A stretch of 43,757 nt of DNA, from IMG/VR virus record IMGVR_UViG_3300032213_001560. One strand, written 5' to 3'. The notes below the pieces were generated by a model. That model ran no database searches, was not told where the DNA came from, and saw only the letters and a list, made by a program, of their open reading frames with translations. The translations under genes and the position numbers were made by a program. The stretch is from a virus. Every line of letters starts with the position of its first letter. Position 1 is the stretch's first letter. Shown in pieces: positions 1 through 6,228 of this stretch.

Positions 1-123
1 CAAAGAAAAACGCTCCAACGGACAGCTAAAGTTTTTCACCCCAGAGCCGCGCTCATAGTTTCAGCCAGTAATCTAACGGTTTTACTCATAGTTTTTCCGC
101 GCTCATACAGACCATAAGTTGCA
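1..123. repeat. Terminal direct repeat copy 1 (identical to 43635..43757); circular-closure overlap, unique genome length 43,634 bp
   Basis: Bases 1..123 (caaagaaaaacgctccaacgg...accataagttgca) recur exactly at 43635..43757 by direct reading. The repeat lies inside coding sequence (3' end of the VirE-like ORF and the XRE ORF). Confidence 0.95.
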
Positions 124-206
124 AGCGATATACCAAGTTTTTCAGCCATTTGCGTTTGGTTCAATTCTAGTTTGTGGCGCAGTAACTTAAGTTCCTTGTG
201 TGTCAT
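36..206 (-). CDS. XRE-family helix-turn-helix transcriptional regulator (56 aa, below ORF-track cutoff)
   Basis: Manual minus-strand translation: MTHKELKLLRHKLELNQTQMAEKLGISLATYGLYERGKTMSKTVRLLAETMSAALG. The stretch QTQMAEKLGIS...YERG is the classic XRE/Cro-CI HTH pattern. The ORF converges on and overlaps the 3' end of the VirE-like gene across the circular junction. Confidence 0.7.
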   Translation of the reverse strand: MTHKELKLLRHKLELNQTQMAEKLGISLATYGLYERGKTMSKTVRLLAETMSAALG

Positions 207-366
207 TTTCTTTACCTTCCAAATAAATTGTTAATCCCCAGTCTTTGCGGTATTGCTTGCCCTCAAAGAAAGCTTTTAAATACTGTTGACAATCCGGCCA
301 TGTTTTAGGTGATGCCATTTGCCTATTGAACAAGCCATCGCAAAACCCATCCTGCCTTGCTGTCAT
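187..366 (-). CDS. hypothetical protein (59 aa)
   Basis: Manual translation: MTARQDGFCDGLFNRQMASPKTWPDCQQYLKAFFEGKQYRKDWGLTIYLEGKENDTQGT. It has an ATGA stop/start junction with the upstream 38-aa ORF and overlaps the XRE start by 20 nt. Confidence 0.45.
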   Translation of the reverse strand: MTARQDGFCDGLFNRQMASPKTWPDCQQYLKAFFEGKQYRKDWGLTIYLEGKENDTQGT

Positions 367-479
367 ACGTTTACCGTATCAATTGACCAGCCAGCCGCCA
401 CCACTTGCGGCATGGTTGCTTTCGGTGGAAAAATGCGCTTCAGTTCATTGAGGCAATCAAAGATTGAACCCGTTTTCAT
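363..479 (-). CDS. hypothetical small protein (38 aa)
   Basis: Manual translation: MKTGSIFDCLNELKRIFPPKATMPQVVAAGWSIDTVNV. Its stop overlaps the next ATG (ATGA). No clear SD. Confidence 0.3.
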   Translation of the reverse strand: MKTGSIFDCLNELKRIFPPKATMPQVVAAGWSIDTVNV

Positions 480-489
480 AGTACGGTTT

Positions 490-585
490 TTATAACGTAA
501 GATATACATACAATGCCCTTCCTGCAAACATGATTATTCCGAAATAAACCAAGATAATTATGACTACTATTAATTGGTTAAGCAT
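490..585 (-). CDS. hypothetical single-TM peptide (31 aa)
   Basis: Manual translation: MLNQLIVVIIILVYFGIIMFAGRALYVYLTL. Its ATG shares one base with the upstream stop (TAATG). The peptide is almost entirely hydrophobic. Confidence 0.3.
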   Translation of the reverse strand: MLNQLIVVIIILVYFGIIMFAGRALYVYLTL

Positions 586-818
586 TATTCCCCCCAAATG
601 TTAGTGGCTTTGTTTAGGTCTTCGATATGGAATATTTCCTTGATTGCTGCCGCCCTTCGTTGGCTATTCCATACAATGCCTTCGTTACGCTGTAGTTTAA
701 CTTCCTCGCCGTAATGTTCTGATACGTGCCTAACTGGTGCATTGGCTCGACCTTGTGCATAGCCAGCAAGCATACAAAACAAGCCTAGTGTGATGATAGG
801 GATGATGATTTTATACAT
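585..818 (-). CDS. small secreted protein (77 aa from ATG 818)
   Basis: ORF track gives 585..845. The internal ATG at 818 has GGAGG 8 nt upstream and sits 2 nt after the stop of the upstream ORF. The N-terminus MYKIIIPIITLGLFCMLAGYAQG looks like a signal peptide. Confidence 0.6.
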   Translation of the reverse strand: MYKIIIPIITLGLFCMLAGYAQGRANAPVRHVSEHYGEEVKLQRNEGIVWNSQRRAAAIKEIFHIEDLNKATNIWGE

Positions 819-820
819 GG

Positions 821-1117
821 CTATAACCTCCAACCAAGAAAGCATAGTGTTTCACCACCGCATACAGGATCGCCATTAGGGTATTTTTCAAACTGGTTGC
901 GGTTATTATATGTACCACCATTATCATTAGGATGACTTTCTAGCGTAGGTAAGCTAATCGCTGGTAGGTCTATAGCCAAAACGCTTTCAGGCTCTCTAAA
1001 GACGAATACCAGCACAATTAGACATAGTACGGTTTTAACGAATAGCCATAGACCGTTGTTAGCTTCGTCTAACTGTTGCGCCTTGGATTGGTTGGTAATG
1101 TGGAATGATTTAGGCAT
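821..1117 (-). CDS. hypothetical membrane protein (98 aa)
   Basis: ORF track. Central hydrophobic span LWLFVKTVLCLIVLVFVF. Tightly packed in the leftward operon. Confidence 0.6.
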   Translation of the reverse strand: MPKSFHITNQSKAQQLDEANNGLWLFVKTVLCLIVLVFVFREPESVLAIDLPAISLPTLESHPNDNGGTYNNRNQFEKYPNGDPVCGGETLCFLGWRL

Positions 1118-1143
1118 GGTGTTCCCCTTTCAAATGAGTTTGA

Positions 1144-1731
1144 TTAAAATCGCATTGGCATTAAAACACCTGTAAAGGCATCATAATTGACATTCACTAA
1201 GATAGGGTTAGTGCGTCCGGTGCTGGTGAGTTTGATGCGGGAGGTTTTTAAACCAGTCAGTAGTTTGGCAACCTTGCCAAAATCAGCCATATACGCGCAG
1301 TTAAAAGCAATATCGTTTTCCACGTTATCGGCTGGCATTGAAGGTATAACGCGCCTCCAGTCTGGAAAATTGCCATAGACAGGCTTAAAGTCAAAACTTC
1401 CAATAATTTCGATCAACTCGCCTTGTTTATCACGCATTACAGCCTGTAATGTTTGATCTGTTATCTCAATTGTTACATTCCATTTAGTTTTCTCGCTCTT
1501 AGCTAGTTTTAACGCCTTTTCGATTGCATTATTACCCAAAATAAAAGAGCTAACAGGCTGCTCTTGTTTATTAGCTGCTATTGCATGTAGCCTATGGCCA
1601 TCGGTGGCAATCAGGCCGCTAGTGCCATCTGCATAGGTTTCAACGCATACGCCGTTTAGATAATAGCGTGTTTGTTCATAAGATGATGCAAATGCAACGG
1701 CTTCTAGTTCATTTGGTTTAATGGTAATCAT
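1144..1731 (-). CDS. DnaN-like (DNA polymerase III beta sliding clamp) protein lacking domain I (195 aa)
   Basis: TRYYLNGVCVE, ATDGHRLH, FPDWRRVIP and the C-terminal LMPMRF match the hallmark DnaN strings (RYYLNGMLFE, ATDGHRLA, FPDYRRVLP, VMPMRL) in the same order. Length is about half of bacterial DnaN. Confidence 0.8.
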   Translation of the reverse strand: MITIKPNELEAVAFASSYEQTRYYLNGVCVETYADGTSGLIATDGHRLHAIAANKQEQPVSSFILGNNAIEKALKLAKSEKTKWNVTIEITDQTLQAVMRDKQGELIEIIGSFDFKPVYGNFPDWRRVIPSMPADNVENDIAFNCAYMADFGKVAKLLTGLKTSRIKLTSTGRTNPILVNVNYDAFTGVLMPMRF

Positions 1732-1756
1732 TGTAATATCCCTTTCAAGTGGTTGG

Positions 1757-1933
1757 TTAGTTTGTGGCTTTGGTGATGGCTGCTAATGCTTGCGCTTTTA
1801 ATGCTTCGTTGTGTCCTGCATTTTCACCGCAAGCGATAAATTCCTGCAAAGCCTCCAGCAACATCTTATTATCAGCAATCAGCTTGTCTTGTGCCTTGGC
1901 GTTCAAGATTGATTCTTCTAGGCATGAATACAT
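1757..1933 (-). CDS. hypothetical protein (58 aa; alternative upstream start at 2014)
   Basis: ORF track gives 1757..2014. The start at 1933 (MYSCLEESILNAK...) avoids a 58-nt overlap with the upstream ORF. Confidence 0.5.
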   Translation of the reverse strand: MYSCLEESILNAKAQDKLIADNKMLLEALQEFIACGENAGHNEALKAQALAAITKATN

Positions 1934-1956
1934 AATTTTGGCTTTCTGTTTGTGGG

Positions 1957-2208
1957 TTATGCTACTAACTTTATTTTGTATGTGTCGTTGTCTTTTATTG
2001 GGAACCAATAGCAATCGTTGTAAACGTAAATATCCTTTCCGCTGATTGCCTTGATTGTTGCGATGGCTAGAATGTCTTTATTATAGCCAGTGTAAAAAAT
2101 GATTTTATCCCCTGTATTAAACCGTGTTTCATTGTCTTTGGGCAGTTTAGCAAGATGCCTTGTGGCATCCGTACAAAGCGGTTTTTCGTCTAAATCCCAA
2201 ATATCCAT
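1957..2208 (-). CDS. hypothetical protein (83 aa)
   Basis: ORF track. Packed in the leftward operon. No motif recognised. Confidence 0.6.
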   Translation of the reverse strand: MDIWDLDEKPLCTDATRHLAKLPKDNETRFNTGDKIIFYTGYNKDILAIATIKAISGKDIYVYNDCYWFPIKDNDTYKIKLVA

Positions 2209-2211
2209 TGT

Positions 2212-2547
2212 TTACACTCCTGCCGCTGTTTGGTTATCACAAAACACAATGCCGTTATTGCCTACTTTATCACCAGCAGTCCCACGGATTGCGGCGCGTA
2301 ATTCATCAATGTTTTCGATTGTGTCATCTAACTTTGCAGCAATGGTGAATTGCACCATATAAGATGCCTTGGCAATGCGGATAGAATCGCCGCAAATAAT
2401 GCCTATCCGATTATCAGATTGCACCATTATCCGGCCTTCTGTTGGATTAGGATAAACAATAAAATCCTGCTCCTTACGCATACCAGTGAATTTTGCATTG
2501 AAGCTGATAGTGCCCATACAATTAGTGTGAATGTTTGTGACTTTCAT
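2212..2547 (-). CDS. hypothetical protein (111 aa)
   Basis: ORF track. Its stop lies 3 nt upstream of the next ATG. No motif recognised. Confidence 0.7.
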   Translation of the reverse strand: MKVTNIHTNCMGTISFNAKFTGMRKEQDFIVYPNPTEGRIMVQSDNRIGIICGDSIRIAKASYMVQFTIAAKLDDTIENIDELRAAIRGTAGDKVGNNGIVFCDNQTAAGV

Positions 2548-2576
2548 ATCTTTAACCCTTTCATGGTTGTTTGGTT

Positions 2577-2801
2577 TTAGGCGTTTAAGTATTCTTGAAT
2601 TGCTTTGTATGTATGCTTGATGCCGAGGCGCTTAGAAGTCAGTTGGAAAGCAGGGCTATTAATATTAACAGCTTTGATATTGTCTAAAGCAACCTTCAAA
2701 GCTTTTTCAATTAATCCTTTTGCCGATTCCACTGGCAAATAAGGGTAAGAATCAATAAATGCTTGTGAGTATGTGGCGGCGTATGTGTCTTTGTTTGTCA
2801 T
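2577..2801 (-). CDS. hypothetical protein (74 aa), first gene of the leftward early operon
   Basis: ORF track. AAGGGGA SD-like sequence upstream. Downstream of the TTGACT-17-TATTAT promoter. Confidence 0.7.
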   Translation of the reverse strand: MTNKDTYAATYSQAFIDSYPYLPVESAKGLIEKALKVALDNIKAVNINSPAFQLTSKRLGIKHTYKAIQEYLNA

Positions 2802-2824
2802 GGCAGTTAATCCCCTTTCAAAGA

Positions 2825-2843
2825 ATTGCGCTTCATTGCGCTT
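2825..2843. repeat. Direct 9-mer repeat ATTGCGCTT x2 (10-bp period) in the leader of the leftward operon
   Basis: attgcgctt at 2825..2833 and 2835..2843, read directly. It lies between the predicted leftward promoter and the SD of ORF 2577..2801. Confidence 0.85.
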
Positions 2844-2851
2844 GTATTGTC

Positions 2852-2880
2852 ATAATATAGAAAGCATTATTATAAGTCAA
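2852..2880 (-). promoter_or_regulatory. sigma70-type promoter candidate, leftward (TTGACT-17-TATTAT)
   Basis: Reverse complement of 2875..2880 is TTGACT. A 17-nt spacer follows, and the reverse complement of 2852..2857 is TATTAT. It lies about 50 nt upstream of ATG 2801. Confidence 0.45.
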
Positions 2881-2963
2881 TAGACATTATGATGATAAAT
2901 GTAACTTTCCAGAAAAAATCGTGCAACCATTTGAATTATAAAGGCGTTTAGACTCATCTACAG

Positions 2964-2974
2964 CTCGAACACTG
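2964..2974 (-). promoter_or_regulatory. CAGTGTTCGAG 11-mer, inverted copy (candidate operator site)
   Basis: ctcgaacactg at 2964..2974 is the reverse complement of the 11-mer found at 3012 and 3168. Confidence 0.6.
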
Positions 2975-3011
2975 CAAAATGTTGAGAGATTACAAATGGA
3001 TAAGGGTAAAA

Positions 3012-3022
3012 CAGTGTTCGAG
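3012..3022 (+). promoter_or_regulatory. CAGTGTTCGAG 11-mer, direct copy (candidate operator site)
   Basis: Exact 11-mer at 3012..3022. Confidence 0.6.
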
Positions 3023-3076
3023 TCGGGGTAAAGTTACAAACCTTTTATTAGAATTTACTATACGCGGAAAACCTAT

Positions 3077-3135
3077 ACTCATCTCTAATTATGCATTATA
3101 ACTATATATAACAATAACTTATTAGAGAGATGAGT
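3077..3135. repeat. Imperfect AT-rich palindrome (ACTCATCTCTAAT ... ATTAGAGAGATGAGT)
   Basis: Left arm 3077..3089 and right arm 3121..3135. They form 9 contiguous pairs (actcatctc/gagatgagt) plus taat/atta after a 2-nt bulge. The spacer is about 31 nt and almost pure A/T. Confidence 0.7.
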
Positions 3136-3137
3136 TG

Positions 3138-3173
3138 TGTTTTGACAGTGCTTTGACAGTGTTTTGACAGTGT
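3138..3173 (+). repeat. Three tandem 11-bp repeats, each containing TTGACA (TTTGACAGTG at 3141, 3152, 3163)
   Basis: Read directly: tttgacagtg c tttgacagtg t tttgacagtg t. The period is 11 bp, about one helical turn. Confidence 0.9.
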
Positions 3174-3178
3174 TCGAG
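3168..3178 (+). promoter_or_regulatory. CAGTGTTCGAG 11-mer, direct copy overlapping the last tandem repeat (candidate operator site)
   Basis: Exact 11-mer at 3168..3178, 8 nt upstream of the -35 of the rightward promoter. Confidence 0.6.
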
Positions 3179-3185
3179 TTTAACT

Positions 3186-3214
3186 TTGCGATAAGGTACT
3201 GAATTTGTTACAAT
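3186..3214 (+). promoter_or_regulatory. sigma70-type extended -10 promoter candidate, rightward (TTGCGA-17-TGtTACAAT), placed for a leaderless transcript
   Basis: TTGCGA at 3186..3191, 17-nt spacer, TG at 3206..3207, TACAAT at 3209..3214. Only 6 nt separate the -10 from ATG 3221, and there is no SD. Confidence 0.45.
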
Positions 3215-3220
3215 GGCTTT

Positions 3221-3565
3221 ATGACGTATAAAACCGTATTAGACAAAACCACTGGCGAGCTGAAAAAGGTTCGAGATGGCGAAACATTGCCGCAATCCCC
3301 TGCAAAGGCACCACCGCCAATCGATATTACAGACAAGGCTGCATTGCGTGAGCTGGCAATGAAAGAGCTTGTGGCTATCATTCAGGCAAATGCTAGTGAT
3401 ATAAAGGCCGTGACTGCAATCAAAGAGCTATTAGACAGGATTGACGGCAGGCCTCACCAGTCAATTGATATGAACGCACAAGTTAAGCTGCGTTATGAGC
3501 CGTTAGTTATACGACTAGCTAACCCAGAACCACTAGTAATAGATAACGAAACACAAGAGCCATAA
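3221..3565 (+). CDS. small DNA-binding protein, terminase small subunit candidate (114 aa)
   Basis: ORF track. Located upstream of terL. The C-terminal region IKELLDRIDGRPHQS resembles the LLDRxxGKP motif I recall from small terminases. A regulator role cannot be excluded. Confidence 0.4.
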   Translation: MTYKTVLDKTTGELKKVRDGETLPQSPAKAPPPIDITDKAALRELAMKELVAIIQANASDIKAVTAIKELLDRIDGRPHQSIDMNAQVKLRYEPLVIRLANPEPLVIDNETQEP

Positions 3566-3659
3566 ACACAAGATATGGTAGTATTGGATTATAAGGATAA
3601 TTTGCCACTATTTCTTCCATAATAAACGATATACGATAATTATACAGTAAGGTATTGAT

Positions 3660-3767
3660 ATGCTTCAAATTTTCCTCTTGATGACGATAGTGCTGCTGGC
3701 TGTACAGGTTCCAGACTTGGTATGGTTAGCAGTGTGTAGCGTATGGCTGCTAGCTATGGCGCTGTAA
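3660..3767 (+). CDS. hypothetical hydrophobic peptide (35 aa)
   Basis: Manual translation: MLQIFLLMTIVLLAVQVPDLVWLAVCSVWLLAMAL. No convincing SD. Confidence 0.25.
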   Translation: MLQIFLLMTIVLLAVQVPDLVWLAVCSVWLLAMAL

Positions 3768-3798
3768 TGTATAGGCATTATGGTAGGGGCGCTGAAAC

Positions 3799-3857
3799 GG
3801 AGGGGGGGGTATGACGGGGGTGTTGAGTCTGGTATATACCCCCTCTCCCAATTTTTT
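3799..3857 (+). terminator. G-tract/C-tract stem-loop followed by T6 (intrinsic terminator candidate or packaging-region structure)
   Basis: ggaggggggggtat (3799..3812) pairs with ataccccctctcc (3836..3848) to give about 11 bp including G-U pairs, with a 23-nt loop. It is followed by caa plus tttttt (3852..3857). Confidence 0.4.
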
Positions 3858-3883
3858 ACAAAAAACCGATTTTCTGCTAACTA
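3855..3883 (+). promoter_or_regulatory. weak sigma70-type promoter candidate for terL (TTTACA-17-TAACTA)
   Basis: TTTACA at 3855..3860, 17-nt spacer, TAACTA at 3878..3883. The terL ATG lies 11 nt after the -10 and has no SD. Confidence 0.3.
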
Positions 3884-3893
3884 ACTGATAAAT

Positions 3894-5372
3894 ATGGAAA
3901 TTCTCTTAAACCCGCGTCAAATGGAGGTGTTGTCTAGCAAGGCGACCGAGATCCTGTATGGCGGAGCTGCTGGTGGTGGAAAATCGTATTTAATCAGGTC
4001 GTTAGCCATAGCGTTGTGTTATGACATTGCTGGCTTGCAGGTGTATTTGTTCCGTAGGACGTTCCCTGACTTGATGAGCAACCACATGAACGGGTACATG
4101 AGTTTTCCTGAAATGCTTGGCCCTATGATTGAGAAGGGGCAGGTTAAGATCCGTGAGGCCGAGATTATCTTTAGCAATGGTAGCAAGATCCATTTGTGTC
4201 ATTGCCAGCACGAGAAGGACGTAACCAAGTATCTAGGTGCGGAAATTCATGTGTTGCTGATGGATGAGCTTACTTCGTTTAGCGAGTATATCTATCGGTT
4301 TTTGCGTAACCGTTTGCGCCTTGGCGGGTTGCCTGTGCCGGATGCGTGGAAGTCAAAAGTTCCATTAATTGTGGCTGGGAGTAACCCCGGAGGTATTGGT
4401 CATGCGTGGGTAAAGCGGAGTTTTCTTGATAGTGCGGCGGCGTATGATGTGGTTCCCCAATCTGCTTCAGAGGGCGGGATGATGCGGCAATTTATCCCTG
4501 CGCGGTTGACGGATAACCCTACGTTGTTGAAGAATGACCCCGGCTATGCAGATAGGTTATGCGGTTTGGGTAGCGATGACTTGGTGAGGGCGATGCGCGA
4601 TGGAGATTGGAACATCGTAGCGGGGGCTGCGTTTGAGCAGTTAAACAGGGATAAACATTGTATCAGGCCGTTTGAGATTCCGCATTGGTGGACGCGGTTT
4701 ACAAGTTTAGACTGGGGTTCAAGTAAGCCGTATGCGATGGGGTGGTTTGCGGTGGCTGATGACGCGGTACACCTAGCTAAGACTGAGCGTTGGCCTGCGG
4801 TGAATATCGGTAAGGGTAGTATCATCATGTACCGTGAACTGTATGGCTGGAATGGTAAACCGGATGAGGGTGCGCGTGAGGAGTCGTGGGAGGTTGCCAA
4901 GAAAGTTGCGGCTATGGAGGGGGGTGATGAAAAGATAGCGTACCGTATCGGGGATTCGGCAATGTGGGCAAAGCATGATGGGCCTAGTATTGCCGAGAGG
5001 TTTATGGATGCACTTGTTCGTGAGGGTACAGATACGCCGAGCATGGAACAGTCACGCAAAGACAGGGCGGCTAACTATCTTGAGATTCGCAATCGATTTT
5101 CTAATTCGGATGGCGAGAAGGCAGGGTTTTATATTTTTGATACCTGCACGCATTTCTGGCGCACCATGCCAGACTTGCAGCTAGATGAACGCCAACCGGA
5201 GAAGGGATGGGATACATCGCAAGAAGACCATATAGCCGATATGGTAGGGTATGCGCTGGTGTCGCGGCCTACGATTATGGATAAACGCACCTATAACCGT
5301 CAGCAATATGATGATGCGCAGGACAAGGCTAGGGCTGCTCATTTGGGGTCTGCTAACGTGGGCAGATACTAG
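3894..5372 (+). CDS. terL: terminase large subunit
   Basis: 492-aa ORF. Walker A YGGAAGGGKSY, Walker B-like VLLMDELT, and a C-terminal nuclease-type region. The antisense ORFs inside it are spurious. Confidence 0.9.
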   Translation: MEILLNPRQMEVLSSKATEILYGGAAGGGKSYLIRSLAIALCYDIAGLQVYLFRRTFPDLMSNHMNGYMSFPEMLGPMIEKGQVKIREAEIIFSNGSKIHLCHCQHEKDVTKYLGAEIHVLLMDELTSFSEYIYRFLRNRLRLGGLPVPDAWKSKVPLIVAGSNPGGIGHAWVKRSFLDSAAAYDVVPQSASEGGMMRQFIPARLTDNPTLLKNDPGYADRLCGLGSDDLVRAMRDGDWNIVAGAAFEQLNRDKHCIRPFEIPHWWTRFTSLDWGSSKPYAMGWFAVADDAVHLAKTERWPAVNIGKGSIIMYRELYGWNGKPDEGAREESWEVAKKVAAMEGGDEKIAYRIGDSAMWAKHDGPSIAERFMDALVREGTDTPSMEQSRKDRAANYLEIRNRFSNSDGEKAGFYIFDTCTHFWRTMPDLQLDERQPEKGWDTSQEDHIADMVGYALVSRPTIMDKRTYNRQQYDDAQDKARAAHLGSANVGRY

Positions 5373-5443
5373 ATGTAGTAAATAATGCTTGACTCATACC
5401 AGATTTATTGTTTTTATGTAAAGGAACGATAAGTGGAGTTGAG

Positions 5444-5983
5444 ATGAGCAGGTACTTAGAGCTTTTAGAGCTAATAGACAAATACAAGCCGCAATCTCTT
5501 GTCGAGATCGGCGTGTGGAATGGCGCCAATGCTATCCGCATGATTAATAGGGCAAAGCAGCATCATGCAGATGTAACCTATACAGGTTATGATCTGTTTG
5601 AAGAAGCCAGCGCCGATACAGACTCCAAAGAGTTTAACGTTAAATCCCATAACCATATGAATGCAGTCGCGGCTTATATCCGTTCTGAAACGGGTGTGAC
5701 TCCTGTACTTGTTAAGGGTGATACTAATGTAACGTTGCCGACTAAGACTATTGCCGACTTTGTGTTTCTGGATGGTGGGCATAGCATTGAAACTATTACC
5801 AATGATTACAGCAAGGTGGGCTTGAGCAAAGTTGTTGTGCTGGATGATTACTACACCAATGGCCCAAATACAGAAAAATACGGATGTAACAAGGTAGTCG
5901 CCAATCTTAAAAACATAACCATCATGCCCACCAAAGATCCTGTTAAGGGCGGTGGGTTTACTCAGCTAGTGGTGGTGGCATGA
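5444..5983 (+). CDS. class I SAM-dependent methyltransferase (sugar O-methyltransferase-like, 179 aa)
   Basis: SLVEIGVWNGANAIRMI (SAM-binding motif region) and DFVFLDGGHS are typical of TylF/Methyltransf_24-like enzymes. Start moved to ATG 5444 (GTGGAG 5 nt upstream), in frame with track start 5408. Confidence 0.7.
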   Translation: MSRYLELLELIDKYKPQSLVEIGVWNGANAIRMINRAKQHHADVTYTGYDLFEEASADTDSKEFNVKSHNHMNAVAAYIRSETGVTPVLVKGDTNVTLPTKTIADFVFLDGGHSIETITNDYSKVGLSKVVVLDDYYTNGPNTEKYGCNKVVANLKNITIMPTKDPVKGGGFTQLVVVA

Positions 5984-6228
5984 TTATATCAATCCTTGCA
6001 GTTTTTCTTGGTTTGTTTATTGGGTTGCCTTGCGGGATATGGATTAAAGGCGTAGTAACTAAAATTTTATCTGATGGTTATTTTAATTTTTCTCCTGAAG
6101 AACGCAAAAAATTAATACAAGAACGTAAAGCAAACGTTTTATCAAATGTTTTGTTAATAAAAGCAATAGCTAGTGGCGGTGTGTTTTTTGTTGGGTTTAA
6201 ACTTTATCATATGTTGGTTCAGCAATGA
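5980..6228 (+). CDS. small two-TM membrane protein (82 aa)
   Basis: ATGA junctions at both ends. Hydrophobic spans IISILAVFLGLFIGLPCGIWI and LLIKAIASGGVFFVGFKLY. Confidence 0.7.
   Translation: MIISILAVFLGLFIGLPCGIWIKGVVTKILSDGYFNFSPEERKKLIQERKANVLSNVLLIKAIASGGVFFVGFKLYHMLVQQ

Noticed and set aside
3142-3169. Three TTGACA hexamers as three functional -35 boxes
   Set aside because: None has a recognisable -10 hexamer 16 to 18 nt downstream. The only well-spaced rightward promoter uses TTGCGA at 3186. The repeats are therefore treated as regulator-binding or decoy sites rather than promoters.
4544-5059. 171-aa antisense ORF inside terL. Similar long antisense ORFs lie at 11561..11980, 15393..15755, 16249..16843, 17409..17783 and 24717..25217.
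   Set aside because: All are embedded in longer sense ORFs with recognisable motifs or clear operon context. They have low-complexity or Ser/Leu/Arg-rich composition typical of non-coding frames, and no SD or coupling signals.
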